This document shows, in pieces, positions 50,543-62,439 of a DNA stretch of 64,000 bases. Where the stretch lies: the NCBI GenBank assembly GCA_963785235.1, contig CAWAUM010000007.1:96001-160000 (forward strand). Reading direction: 5' to 3'. How positions within the stretch are numbered: the stretch's first letter is position 1; the number at the start of each line of letters is the position of its first letter. The translations under genes and the position numbers were made by a program. The notes beneath the pieces were generated by a model, which searched no databases, had not been told where the DNA came from, and was given only the letters and a program-made list of their open reading frames with translations. The stretch is from an uncultured delta proteobacterium (GTDB lineage: Bacteria; Desulfobacterota; Desulfomonilia; UBA1062).

Positions 50543-51831
50543 ATGACGACCGAACACACGAATTCGACCAATAATAAAGAAAGCATTGCCCGGGCATCCA
50601 TGTGGTGGCAAAGCCCATGGGGCCGGTGTGCAACCTTGCCTGCGAGTACTGCTTCTACCTCGAGAAGAAGGCGCTGTTCGCCCCGGGCGAGAACTTCCGG
50701 ATGAGTGATGAAGTCCTTTCCGCCTTTGTCTCAGACTACATGGCATCCCAGCCCACGCCGGTGGTGGAATTCGTCTGGCAGGGCGGTGAGCCAACCCTTG
50801 CGGGGCTCGATTTCTTCAAGAAGGTCGTCAAGGAGCAGAAACCCTATGCAAAAGAAAAAACCATCAGGAATTCCCTGCAGACCAATGGCACGCTCCTCAC
50901 GGACGAATGGTGCGCCTTCCTGAAGAAGAACAACTTCATGGTGGGCATCAGCCTGGACGGCCCGCGGGAGATCCACGATACCTATCGTCACGACCGCTCG
51001 GGACACGGCACTTTCGACGACGTGATGCGCGGGCTGAAGCTGCTGCAGAAGCACAAGGTGGAATACAACGTGCTGGCCTGCGTTGCCCGGGAGACGGCCG
51101 GCCGGCCCCTGGATGTGTACAAATTTCTGAAAGACGAAGGGGTCGAGTTCATCCAGTTCACCCCGGTGATCGAGCGGCTTCCCGATGAAACGAGCATTGC
51201 CAGCGGGCTGCGCCTTGCCGGGCCTGCTGTCCTGGATAGGCAAGAAAAACAGGTGCAGGTCACCCCCTGGACCGTGGTGCCGGAGGAATACGCGGACTTT
51301 CTCATAGCAGTGTATGAAGACTGGGTCCGCCATGACGTGGGCAGGGTCTTTGTCATGAACTTCGAGTGGGCGCTGAACGCCTGGATGGGCAACCCCTCGC
51401 CCGTGTGCATCCATGCACAGCAGTGCGGCCGCGCCGTGGTGATGGAGCACAACGGTGATGTGTATGCCTGCGACCACTTTGTCTACCAGCCCTACCGGCT
51501 CGGGAACATCGCCGAGGATACGCTTGCGCACATGGTGGAGAAGTCGCTGAGCACCGGGTTCGGACGTATGAAGGAGACCGCTCTGCCGGCGTGGTGCAGG
51601 GACTGCCCGGTACTGAAGGCCTGCCGGGGAGGGTGCCCGAAGCACCGCTTCCGGAAGAGCCCCCCTGGCGAGCCGGGGCTCCATTACCTCTGCGAAGGGT
51701 ACAGGAAGTTCTTCCTCCACATCCGCAAGTATCTGAGAGCCATGGCCACGTTGCTGGAAAACGGCCTCCCGGCCTCACGCGTGATGGACGCCATAGATGC
51801 CCCGCTGCTGATACGGACGGGAGATAAGTGA
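50543..51831 (+). CDS. Anaerobic sulfatase maturase (radical SAM/SPASM); frameshift near the start
   Basis: AKPMGPVCNLACEYCFY, WQGGEP, QTNG, ISLDG, and SPASM cysteines (YACDH, CRDC...CRGGCPKHR, LCEGY). Confidence 0.92.
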
Positions 51832-51933
51832 TGAGAGTCACAAACAAGGAGATAAACACAGGATGTCTTCAAAGGGCACGGGTTAAGAAGAATCGTATGG
51901 GCTGTTCAGATGAAATCATAACCGGGAGGTGTT

Positions 51934-53572
51934 ATGAATAAGGTCCTCATGGTGATGTGCATGGCTCTTCTCGTGCTCACAGGAATGTCGTATGCCCAGG
52001 AATCGGTTTCAAATACAGAGGCCAGGAGAGATATCGGCTCCCGGAGAACCTGTTACTCTCGGCAATAAAACCATCTTCACCCTCAAGGGTGTGCATGGCT
52101 ATTCCGCTCAGGAAAGGGCAAGGACAATCTCCGACAGAATCAAATCGATAGCAGAGAACCCCCATCATTGATGCGGCCTCCATAAAGACCATGGGGTATC
52201 AGCAACCCATGACGCTGGTCAATGCAGGTAATGAACTGCTCATGACCGTCTTTGAGGAGGATGCCCGGGCTCAAGGAATAAGCCAGCAGGACCTAGCCGC
52301 CCAGTGGAGCAAGGAATTACGGGCAGCCATTGAAGATTACCGGCAGGAACGCAGCCTGAAGTGGGTCATTTCAGGGACAGTCAAGGCTCTCATTGCAACG
52401 GTCATACTGATCCTGGCCCTTCTTGTCTTGTACAAAGGGTACAGCAAGCTGGGTGCGTTCCTGCAGGAATGGATGGGCAGGAAGAAGATTTCCATCCACA
52501 TCCAGTCATTTGAACTGGTCAAGGCAGAAAGGATCGGTGTATTCTTTTCCGGTATACTCAGGACTACCCGCCTCATTCTTGTTCTTGTCATAGTATATGC
52601 CTATGTCCATATTGTTCTGAGCTCTTTCCCCTGGACCGCGGGATATGCGAACCAGATTCTTCATTTTGTGATCAGGCCGTTTCAAGTCATCGGAGAGGCC
52701 ATCTGGGCGCAGGTGCCCAACCTGTTCTTTGCGGCAATCATCTTCCTGCTTGCCTTTTATATTACAAAACTGCTGCGCCTCTTTTTTGCTGAGATAGAGA
52801 AAGGTACCATCACCCTCCAAAAGTTTTTATCCTGAGTGGGCACAACCCACGTACAGGATTTGCCGTATTCTGATAGCCGTCATCGCTTTAGTAATGGCAT
52901 TCCCCTATATTCCCGGGTCCAACTCGCCCGCATTCAAGGGTATTTCCATCTTTTATAGGTGTCCTATTTTCCCTTGGCTCCACCTCCGCCATCTCAAATA
53001 TCCTGGCCGGATACTCACTCATATACCGAAGGGTCTTCAAGGTGGGAGACCGGGTGAAGATCGCCGACTTCATGGGTGATGTCGTGGAAATGAGGCTCCA
53101 GGTGACCCATCTGCGGACCATCAAGAACGAGGAGATCGTGGTGCCGAACTCCATGATCATCAACAGCCACGTGATCAACTACAGCACTCTGGCGAGCCAG
53201 AAGGGGCTTATCCTGCATACCAGCGTGACCATCGGCTATGATACGCCGTGGCGGCAGGTTCATGCCCTGCTCCTGATGGCAGCCGAAAAGACGCCCCGGT
53301 TGCTGCGTGATCCGGCGCCTTTTGTCCTCCAGACATCGCTCGATGATTTCTATGTTGCCTATGAATTGAATGTCTATTGCGACACGCCTCTGAAAATGGT
53401 GGAGATCTATTCCGACCTCCACAAAAACATCCAGGACGCATTCAACGAGTACGGCGTCCAGATCATGTCGCCCTCGTACCGGTTTGATCCCCACCAGCCG
53501 AAGGTCGTACCGAAAGATCAGTGGTATGCGGCCCCGGCAGAACCGCCTGATGCAGAGCATCGGAAGGATTAG
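51934..53572 (+). CDS. MscS-family mechanosensitive channel, multiple frameshifts
   Basis: FPYIPGSNSPAFKG, GDRVKI...GDV, VPNS...VINYS, IGYDTPWRQV, IQDAFNEYGVQIMSP. Confidence 0.88.
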
Positions 53573-53611
53573 AATAACAGGTGTTCATTCCTCGCCAGAA
53601 GGAGAATATCC

Positions 53612-54968
53612 ATGATGTCATATTTTGACCGGAACAGGGGATTGGTCCTGCTGATGATCATTTGGGCCTTCATACTTGTGCCGTCTCACTAGCATATGGG
53701 CATGGACCGAGCATCCCCTTGTCATCCATGAAACCCTCGCGGCACTCCCCGAGGTCAGGGACGCAAAACCGGTGAAGGTGGAAAGCCTCGATGCATTCCT
53801 CATGGCCCAGGAAAAAGGCCTGGTTGCACTGCTTGCAGGCGAAGAAGACTGGGCGCGGAAGAACCTGGCATGGTACAGGCCCCTGCCCGAAGCCTTGGTT
53901 TTCAAGGCTACGGGCAACAAGGCCGACATCAAGGAGCGTTTCGCTCACGCCATAAGGATCAACCCCAATGCCAGGCTCGGTCTTTATCTCCAGTTCGTTC
54001 CCGGAGCTGATACCGGGGGGAAGCCGGGTATCACGCCTTCGAGCCTCACCTTTCTCAAAGATCTTTCCGAATGGAAATCAACCGCGTTTGCTGAGCTCAA
54101 GGCAGGGGAGATGGTAACGCCTCTCGATATCGTAACGACAGCCAGTGACGAACCTGACTTTGGCCTGGATATCGGTCTGTATGAAGACAATGGCACTGAT
54201 TTCGGGAAGATCTACAACTTCGGAAAACAGCCCTTCGGGAACCCCAACCTCGAATACAGCAGCCAGGCGCCGTTCCACATGGGGTATTACCACGAATCCT
54301 GGATCATCAGCGCCTTTGCAGGCTTTGTGAAGCAGACCTATCCGGAATACCGGATCCACCTGTACAGGTCACTTTCCGCATATGCCTTCCGTACCGGGCA
54401 TGATTACTGGGGCTGGCGATTCATGGGCATAGGCCTCCATTATGTCATGGACCTCAACCTGCCGTATCATACCACGCTCCTGCCCGGGGTGAGCACGTTG
54501 CGGATGCTCTGGATCAACTTCCTCGATCTCATAGGGTTTTCCCGGCCCATGGCTGATGCCATCCAGCTTGTATCCAACAGACACACCGCTATCGAGAAGT
54601 TCCAGCAGGTGGCCATGCAGGAGGCTTACCGGACAAAGAACCATGAATACCCGGTCTTTGTGGCGCTGAGGTCCGTGAAGCCCTGCCCCGCATGGAATGA
54701 CAGGACCCCGCGCCATGTCATTTCGGCTAAAAGCAACGCCCTTGCCGGCAAGGCGGACAGGGTCATGGAGCAGACCATGCCCCTGCACTGGGTTTCCGAC
54801 CCGACCTTTGAGCTCGGGACCAGTAAAGAACAGGACGAGATCATGGCCATGATGAAGCGCAACCATGGAGATGCGGGCATAACCAAGGCAACGGAGCTTC
54901 TGAAAGAGATGCTTGCGCCTTTGGGCCCCTACACCTGTTCGTATATCCGCGGCATTCTGGCGAGATAA
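53612..54968 (+). CDS. Zn-dependent phospholipase C / P1 nuclease-like exported protein
   Basis: Mature N-terminus W-T-E-H after AWA, EPD, QAPFH, GLHYVMDL.LPYH and H..IE Zn-ligand pattern. Confidence 0.6.
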
Positions 54969-54982
54969 GGGAGACGGATCGC

Positions 54983-55693
54983 ATGTGTCGAGGAGAAATA
55001 CAGTTATTGTGCTGGAGCCGGATCATCAGCGCTGTGTTCCTGGTCGGCTGCCTGGGCTGGACCCCGGCCCTGGCCGACGATGATTCGACAAAGGACTTAC
55101 ACCTCCAGGTCGTGCTGGGGGGCACCCAGTATTCCGATCTGAGCTTTGAACACCAGAGCACCACGGATCCTTCCGTGGAGGCGGATTCCGAGATCACCGT
55201 GATGCCCACGCTGGGCATATGCGGGGTCATGCCGCTCCTGAAGAAACCTTTCACCCTCGGGCTGGAAGGCGGGGTGTTGTTCGGATGGAGGAACGATAAT
55301 GTCACGGCTGTCGGACAAAACGGCACTCTGCGTGTACACTTTGACAATAAGCTCTATCTGTTGGATCTGTTTGTCGGGCCGTATGTGAGCGCAAACCTCG
55401 GGCAGCGAACGCGCATTTATTTAGGCGCCGGACCGCTCCTGATGGCCGGTCAGTATGATAAGCGCACCGACGAGCAGGTGAGCGGAAGCGAAACCATACG
55501 GGATGATAAGACATCCATGGTCTCCGGTGCCGGGTTATATGCCCGTACCGGGATCGAGTTCATGTTCGAAGACGGCTCCATGATGGGCCTGTGTGTACGC
55601 GGCTTCAAATCGAAACTGGATTTCGAGGATATACCGGAAGATACCGACGTGAAGGGTATCCAGTTCCTGATTACATTCAGCCCCATGCTCTAG
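54983..55693 (+). CDS. Small outer-membrane beta-barrel protein
   Basis: Signal peptide; alternating strands IYLGAGP and GLYARTGIEF. Confidence 0.6.
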   Translation: MCRGEIQLLCWSRIISAVFLVGCLGWTPALADDDSTKDLHLQVVLGGTQYSDLSFEHQSTTDPSVEADSEITVMPTLGICGVMPLLKKPFTLGLEGGVLFGWRNDNVTAVGQNGTLRVHFDNKLYLLDLFVGPYVSANLGQRTRIYLGAGPLLMAGQYDKRTDEQVSGSETIRDDKTSMVSGAGLYARTGIEFMFEDGSMMGLCVRGFKSKLDFEDIPEDTDVKGIQFLITFSPML

Positions 55694-55747
55694 TCCCATG
55701 GATTGGGCGTTGGTGAATTTGAATGAACCCACGTGAAGGAGAAGACT

Positions 55748-57124
55748 GTGAAAAACAACTCAATCATCGCTTTGGTGCGTTCTGTTGCCTTGCTGGCGAT
55801 ACTCGGTGTGCTCGCCTGCGGCTGCGCCCACTGGCCGGCCACACCGCGGCTGGAGCAGGCCGGCGCGCCCGGCTACCGCCTCGCCGAGGTGACCCGCCCC
55901 GGCCAGTCCGACGAGCTGCTGGTGGTGCTGGCCATCTCCGGCGGCGGCATGCGGGCCGCGGCGCTGGGCTACGGCGTCCTGGAGGAGCTGCGCCGCACCG
56001 AGGTGACGGTGAACGGCGTGAAGCGCCGCCTCCTCGACGAGGTGGACGTGATCTCTGCGGTGTCAGGGGGCACGCTGCCCGCCACATACTTCGGCCTGCG
56101 CGGCGAGAAGACCTTCGATGAGTTCGAGGAGAAAGTGCTGTCGCGCAACCTCGAGCGCGAGCTGGCGCTGCGCATCCTGACCCCGACCAACTGGTTCCGG
56201 CTTCCATCGGCAACCTTCGGCAAGTCGGATCTCTTCGCCGAGCTCTACGACGAGACGGTGTTCAACCATGCCACCTTCGGCGACCTGCAGCAGGCTCAGG
56301 CGGGCCCTTTGTGATCATAAACGGCACCGATGTCACCACCGGCGCCCGGTTCAGCTTCACGCAGGACCAGTTCGACGCCATCTGCGGCGATCTCTCGAAG
56401 GTGACGCTGGGACGGGCCATTGCCACCTCGACGGCGCTGCCGCCGCTGCTCACGCCCATCACCTTTGAGAACTGCGGCGGGACCTGCGGCAGGAAGGCGC
56501 CGGCCTGGCAGGCCGCTGCCGAGGCCGCCATCGGCGAGTCCGAGACGCCGGGCCGCGCCCTGCTCCGCGCCCGTGCGCTGCAGTCCTACGAAAATCCGGC
56601 CCGCCCTTACATTCACCTCTTCGACGGCGGGCTCTCCGAGAATCTCGGCCTGACCGAGGTGCTCAGGGCCTTCGAGATCCTGAAGGTCGAGCCGGACGAG
56701 ACAGTGCTGCCTGCGCTCCGCAAGGCCCGCAAGGTGGTGGTCATCACCGTGAACGCGCTGCGCTTCCCCGAGGTGGACTGGGACCGCTCCCCCGAGCCGC
56801 CTGGCACCAGACACGCTGGTAGACCAGATGTGGTCGATCCCGGTGGACCGGATCTCGCTGGACACGGTGGAGCAGGTGCGCGATAAGCTGGCTGCCTGGC
56901 AGGCTGACGCTCCGGCCGGTGGCCCGAAGCGGAGCGGGTACCTGGCGCAGGTCACCTTCGATAACCTGAAGGACCCGGCCGAGCGGCTCTATTTCAAGCA
57001 GGTGAAGACCAGCTTGACGCTGCCCAAGGAGCAGGTGGACCGGCTGCGCGAGGTCGCCGGCAGGCTCCTGCGCGAGGCGCCCGCCTTCCAGAGGCTGCTC
57101 GCCGACCTGAATTCGGGGCGCTAG
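55748..57124 (+). CDS. Patatin-like phospholipase lipoprotein, frameshifted
   Basis: Lipobox ACGC, SGGGMRAA, SAVSGG, INGTD, FDGGLSENLG. Confidence 0.85.
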
Positions 57125-57126
57125 AT

Positions 57127-58219
57127 ATGAAAAAGAAACCCTTCAGTTTCATGATGATTGTACTGTTCATTATGATCCTGTTTCTGCCCTCGTGCATAAC
57201 GGAAAGCGAGATCTATCAATCGGCCAAAGGAGAGAAAGATCTGCCCGAAGTGGCGCCTCCTTGCCAGGGCAAGGGAGGCGTATGGGCCGTATGTTCAATG
57301 GAAGCAGGCCCTGATAAAGGAACTCATGGACGGCAGTCAGATAGTATATACCAAGATGGGCCCTGTGGAATATACAATCAACGGCGAGAGCGGCCCGTAC
57401 ATGATCGTCATGCACGGAGGCCCGGGCGGATATGATCAGACAGCGGCCCTGTTCAGCGATATGTTCGGGAAAGGGTTTCGTGTTGTAAGCTGGTCCCGGC
57501 CGGGCTATCTCCGCACCCCCATACAAGATGGGAAAACGTTTGAAGAGCAGGCCGATGTTGCGGCTGCCCTCATGGATAATCTGGGCATCGAGCAGGCTTC
57601 TCTCCTTGGATACTCGGCCGGCGGTCCGGTGGCCATTTATTTTGCCGTAAAATACCCCAAACGCGTCTGGGCGCTTATCCTTGAATGCGCAGTGACCCAG
57701 CAGTGGGTTATCAGCTCAGAGAATATCCAGGAGAAGATCTATTTCGGGTATCTCATGTACAACGACCCGTTCCTCTGGACCTCGGACGTGACCAGCCAGG
57801 TGTCTCCGCGGCTCATCGGTATGTCGACCATCGAAATGGAAAGCCATCTTGACAAGGAAGCAGCAAAGAAACTCATGGACAGCATCATGCAGGACCCGCG
57901 CAGGGTGAAAGTGCTCACCGGCATGATGAAGAGCATGAGCCCGGGAGAACTCCGGAAAGACGGCATGGTCAACGACGTGGAGCAGCTTGAAAAGGTGAAA
58001 GACCTGCCGCTGAAAAACATCAAGGCTCCCACCCTGATAATCCATGGCACGGACGATGCGGATGTCTCGGTTGCTGATGCAGCCCATGCAGTAAATAGAA
58101 TACCCAATGCGAAATTATATCTCGTGCATGGAGGGTTCCATGTCATGGCACTCACCGATGCGATAGATGCCATAACCGAGCAGAGGGTCGGGTTCCTGAA
58201 AAAGTATACCCCGAAGTGA
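57127..58219 (+). CDS. Alpha/beta hydrolase lipoprotein, frameshift near 57300
   Basis: HGGPGG, SRPGY, GYSAGG nucleophile, IHGTDD, GGFH. Confidence 0.85.
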
Positions 58220-58337
58220 TTTTTTTATGATCGTTGGAAAACTCATTCAATATCACATAGAAAAATATTGAGATCTTGATAGAAGAGCATCTTTCTGGGT
58301 ATCATGCAGAGTTAGAGCTATGGCTTAAGGAGGCTTC

Positions 58338-59105
58338 ATGAAGATAGTAAAATTGTGGATGACATGTATACTTGTCATATTTTCCATTTTCATCCTGATG
58401 AGTGCCAGTGCATACGCCCAGAGAACAGTTGCCGTGGCTGTGGATGGTGATTGGGCGCCCATGAAGATGAAGGACGACAAGGGGAATCTCACGGGATATG
58501 AAATAGACATGATAAAGGCCATTGGTGCCGAAGGCGGATTTCAGGTTAACCTCGTAGAGGTGCCGTGGGAGAATATCTTCTATGACCTGGATGCAGGCAA
58601 ATTCGACGCTGTAATGGCCTCGGTGAGCATAACGGATAAAAGAAAAGAGAAGTTCGATTTTTCACAGCCGTATTTTTCAGCAGAGCAGCTCCTTGTAGTT
58701 CGGAAGTCTTCTGTTTCGGAATCGCTCAAGGGAAAAACCATTGCCGCATTTGAAGCAACGACAGGGGCGGCTGCACTCAAGAAGTCCGAGCTTGTTGAAA
58801 AGAGATTTTACCCTGTCGAAGTGATGGAAAGGCCCTTCATGGATCTGGCAGACGGCAAGGTTGACGGCGTCCTGTGCGATACACCTGTTGCCATCAACTA
58901 TGCCTTCATGAAGGATGCATATAAAGGGAAGTTCGCCATTGGGAGCGAAAGAACCGTGCTGGGCAAGCCTTCAGCAACGGAAGATTATGCTGTCGTGGTG
59001 AAGAAAGGCAACACTGATGTCCTTGCCCTCATAAACAAGGGTATAAAGGCCGTTGCTGCAAAAGGTATCGATGCCAGGCTCAAGGCCAAGTGGATCAGGT
59101 GGTAG
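58338..59105 (+). CDS. Amino-acid ABC transporter substrate-binding protein (SBP family 3)
   Basis: Signal peptide, GYEIDMI, SITDKRKEKFDFSQPY, KVDGVLCD. Confidence 0.88.
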   Translation: MKIVKLWMTCILVIFSIFILMSASAYAQRTVAVAVDGDWAPMKMKDDKGNLTGYEIDMIKAIGAEGGFQVNLVEVPWENIFYDLDAGKFDAVMASVSITDKRKEKFDFSQPYFSAEQLLVVRKSSVSESLKGKTIAAFEATTGAAALKKSELVEKRFYPVEVMERPFMDLADGKVDGVLCDTPVAINYAFMKDAYKGKFAIGSERTVLGKPSATEDYAVVVKKGNTDVLALINKGIKAVAAKGIDARLKAKWIRW

Positions 59106-59376
59106 AGGCCGCTGAATCTGGTTCTTCGGCTGGTGGCCCGGTGCCATCAACTGAATGAACTTGCACAGGTGTTCAAAAATTATTTTCGTAGTATTTTATA
59201 GTGGTATTCGCCTTAAAAGCCGCAACCAGCCTGATTTTGGGGGTGTAATGATATCGATGGGTTAGATGAAAATATTTTAACCCTGATATATTCGCATATT
59301 GACATGGGCATGTATCTGCATTAATAATATTATGTAGTTATAGAGATCTCTCGACCACAAAGGAGGTAAGTGCCAA

Positions 59377-59667
59377 ATGGGAACCCTCACAAAGAGCGGT
59401 ATCATTGATGAGATCGTTCTGAATACAGGTCTGTCCAGGAAAGAGGCCAGTGATGGGATCGAGACGTTTATCGATATCATCAAGGGGAATCTTTCAAAGA
59501 AGGAGCCGGTAAGCATATCCGGATTCGGCAAATGGAAGATCAGAGAGAAATCGGCACGTCGCGGCCGGAACCCGAAGACCGCTAAGGAGATTACCATTTC
59601 TCCAAGAAAGGTGGTCACCTTCTCCCTATCCAATGTGCTGAGGGCAAAGCTCACCAGCAAGGGTTGA
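59377..59667 (+). CDS. ihfA: Integration host factor subunit alpha / HU family
   Basis: LTKSGI...ISGFGKW.IREKSARRGRNPKT..EITISPRKVVTF. Confidence 0.8.
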   Translation: MGTLTKSGIIDEIVLNTGLSRKEASDGIETFIDIIKGNLSKKEPVSISGFGKWKIREKSARRGRNPKTAKEITISPRKVVTFSLSNVLRAKLTSKG

Positions 59668-59809
59668 TAGCAGCGATATTCTCTCGTTCACACCAGCCGT
59701 GCGTTTCATCTGCAGGCCTTTATAGCGCATGTGGAAGCCTATTCGGTGGAGGTGACAGAGAACAGAGACTGTATCTGAAGGTTGTTAAAGAAAAATAAAG
59801 GTAAGCTGT

Positions 59810-59839
59810 AAGGCCCGAAGGCTGTAGCCTCCGGGCCTT
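59810..59839. terminator. Hairpin between the convergent ihfA and ferredoxin genes
   Basis: aaggcccgaaggct-gt-agcctccgggcctt. Confidence 0.6.
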
Positions 59840-59854
59840 GTGATGTAAGTATCC

Positions 59855-60028
59855 TTATTCCCCAGGTTCTATCGCGTCTGTGGGACAGACGTCCGCACAG
59901 GCACCGCAATCGGTGCATAATTCCGGATCAATGGAGTACTTGTCGTCACCCTCACTGATAGCTTCAACAGGACATTCATCGATGCAAGTTCCACAGGCGA
60001 TGCATTCATCAGTAATTACGTAAGCCAT
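59855..60028 (-). CDS. 2[4Fe-4S] ferredoxin, 57 aa
   Basis: MAYVITDECIACGTCIDECP...CTDCGACADVCP; RBS aggagagg. Confidence 0.93.
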   Translation of the reverse strand: MAYVITDECIACGTCIDECPVEAISEGDDKYSIDPELCTDCGACADVCPTDAIEPGE

Positions 60029-60217
60029 TGTAGCACCTCTCCTTTTCTGATTTCCTGATTGGTTGGTATAGGAAATATTGTGAAATGGCAAGTATTTTTT
60101 TGGTATCTTATAACGTCTGAGCACTATATTTTCCAAACAGGAAATGTAATGATCATGACTAAATACTAGGGTTGTAGTATTAAAAAGTGACACAATATCA
60201 TTTAAGATTAGGACAGC

Positions 60218-60698
60218 ATGATGAGCAAAAAAAATGATGGATTTATTGATGCACTCGAGCACAGGAGTTACTTCTTCGATCACAGGGGTGAGGTTCCAGT
60301 GTACACAATGCGGTATATGCTGTACCGGAGAGCCGGGCATAGTATACATAGACTCAGATGAGGCTGAACGAATCGCCTCATATCTTGAGATACCTGTTGA
60401 AGTGCTCACAGCAAGGATGCTGGACCCATTCAAGGACGGCTACACCGCACGTGAAGCGGAAGGCGGCCGGTGCATTTTTTATGAGAACGGCTGCGTCATT
60501 TATCCTGTCAGGCCAATCCAGTGCCTTACCTTTCCCTTCTGGTTCCAGAACATGCGTTCTGTTTCAGCCTGGGACGATGCGCTGCTGCAATGCCCCGGCA
60601 TCGGACAAGGCCGTCTTTATACGAAGGAAGAGATCATATCCATGATCCAGGCCAGCTATCATGTCTATGTAAAGGCGCTTGAATGGTTATATAAATAG
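60218..60698 (+). CDS. YkgJ-family cysteine cluster protein (frameshift near 60285)
   Basis: FQCTQCGICC, CIFY, CVIYPVRPIQCLTFPFW, CPGIG. Confidence 0.85.
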
Positions 60699-60852
60699 GT
60701 AGCAAAATGCTCACTGTTGAGTCCGGCCGGGAAATCAAGTATAGAGAAAGTATGTGAGAGCACTCTTCTTGTAATTCACACCTGTGAAGCATACTCACCA
60801 CGATTCCGGGTAATATCCACATCAGATAACTTGATATTAAAGGAGGAAGCAC

Positions 60853-61411
60853 ATGAACAAGCAAAAGCAGGGTCCGCGGACAACTCCTTTTCCCCATGCC
60901 CTCGGTGCTTATCGGTGCTGAGGTGGATGGCAAGGCCAATTTCATGACCGTAGCCTGGTGCGGCATAGCATCGCATCAGCCTCCAACGGTATCGGTTGCC
61001 ATACGTAAAGGTCGCTATACCCTTAAGGGGATAGAAGCGAATCATTGTTTCTCGGTAAATATTCCATCAAGCAAGATGGCAAAGATTGTAGATTACTGCG
61101 GCATCTATTCCGGCAAGGACAGGGACAAATCTACCCTTTTTTCAGTCAGCAAGGGGGAAGACCCTCGCATTCCGCTCATTGATGATTGCCCGGTAAATCT
61201 TGAATGCAAGCTGCTCCATACCCTTGATCTGGGCAGCCATACCCTTATAATAGGTGAAATCATTCAATCATATATCTGGCAGGATTGCATGCAGGGGAAG
61301 AAGATCGATGCCCTCATGGTAGATCCCCTGATCTATTCTACCTCTTCCGAGACCTACCACAAGCTTGGTGAAGTAGTGGGCCAGGCCTTTCAGATGGGAA
61401 AGGAGCTCTAA
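60853..61411 (+). CDS. Flavin reductase-like (flavoredoxin) protein, frameshift near the start
   Basis: PMPSVLIG, NFMTVAW, DYCGIYSG, CPVNLEC, GSHTLIIGEI. Confidence 0.85.
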
Positions 61412-61454
61412 GACTTTACACCCAGGTTCTGCATATAAGAGGAATAAACCTTGA

Positions 61455-61539
61455 TCCGTTAAAAACATCAATCATGCAGCCTTCAGGTCCGATAAAATTA
61501 GTGCTCCACAGAGGCTGCATGATTGATGTTTTTAACGGA
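61455..61539. repeat. Perfect 28-bp inverted repeat with a 29-nt spacer (MITE-like)
   Basis: tccgttaaaaacatcaatcatgcagcct (61455-61482) and aggctgcatgattgatgtttttaacgga (61512-61539). Confidence 0.85.
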
Positions 61540-61682
61540 CCTATTTTTTAAAAACAGTCCAATGGCCGCTATGAATTCCATACTCAAGACCGCCCAAAAG
61601 CATACAGCTATTCAGGCTAGATTCAAACACACAATCCGGGTTTCTTCTGGATTCTGCTTCTCTGATTCTGTATTCTCATGTC

Positions 61683-62354
61683 ATGGATGACCTGCAGAAA
61701 ACTTACCGGGCGGTTATCTTCGACATGGACGGCACCTTGCTCGATACCATTGATGACTTGGCCGACTCCATGAATGCGGTATTGAATAGCCTCGGCTTTC
61801 CTGCACATCCTTTAAGCAGTTATCGGGCATTCGTCGGCGACGGTATCGAGGTTCTGGTCATGAAGTCACTGCCTGAGGGGCGCCGTACCGAGCAGATCAT
61901 TGCCCAAAGTGTAAAGGCCATGAAGGAGGAATACAGCCTCAGGTGGTCGGTAAAATCAAGGCCATTTCCCGGTATACCCGAGTTGCTGGATGGGCTTACG
62001 GAAAAGGGCATGGCACTTTCCATCCTGTCCAACAAGCTCGATTCATTTACCAAGGCCATGGCAGCCTCATTGTTGCCTCATTGGAAATTTGCCGAAGTAA
62101 GGGGCCTTTCCCCGGATATCCCCAGAAAACCTGATCCGGCAGGTGCACGAATATGTGCTGAGCGTATGGGTGTAGACCCGCGGCACTGCATCTTCGTAGG
62201 CGACAGCGCTATTGATATGGAGACTGCCGGCCGGGCCGGAATGACAGCAATCGGTGTGTTATGGGGTTACCAGGATAAGCAGCTGTTGATAGATCACGGT
62301 GCAAAGATTCTCCTGGATGATCCAAGGGACCTGCTCAGACATCTAATCAAATAA
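61683..62354 (+). CDS. HAD-family hydrolase (phosphoglycolate phosphatase-like)
   Basis: FDMDGTL, LSNK, KPDP, GDSAID. Confidence 0.88.
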   Translation: MDDLQKTYRAVIFDMDGTLLDTIDDLADSMNAVLNSLGFPAHPLSSYRAFVGDGIEVLVMKSLPEGRRTEQIIAQSVKAMKEEYSLRWSVKSRPFPGIPELLDGLTEKGMALSILSNKLDSFTKAMAASLLPHWKFAEVRGLSPDIPRKPDPAGARICAERMGVDPRHCIFVGDSAIDMETAGRAGMTAIGVLWGYQDKQLLIDHGAKILLDDPRDLLRHLIK

Positions 62355-62439
62355 TTTACCATTGACCATGGACTTACCCATCCGGTAGAGAAATCCATTG
62401 ACAGGGCCAGCAGGGCTAAAGGCCAAGAAAGGTCGTTCA

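Noticed and set aside
9394-51720. Long minus-strand ORFs (e.g. 10438..11874, 18062..19165, 48637..49782, 50731..51720)
   Set aside because: These are antisense shadows of GC-rich + strand genes, with no recognisable motifs or RBS.
59855-60433. 192-aa minus-strand ORF
   Set aside because: Only the last 57 codons (ferredoxin, with its own RBS) are credible; the rest overlaps intergenic DNA and the YkgJ gene.
1-61411. More than 20 genes split by frameshifts, read as mass pseudogenisation or programmed frameshifting
   Set aside because: Single-base indels also hit ordinary core genes (YkgJ, flavin reductase), catalytic motifs remain intact, and in-frame nonsense mutations are scarce. Uncorrected long-read error is the simpler explanation.
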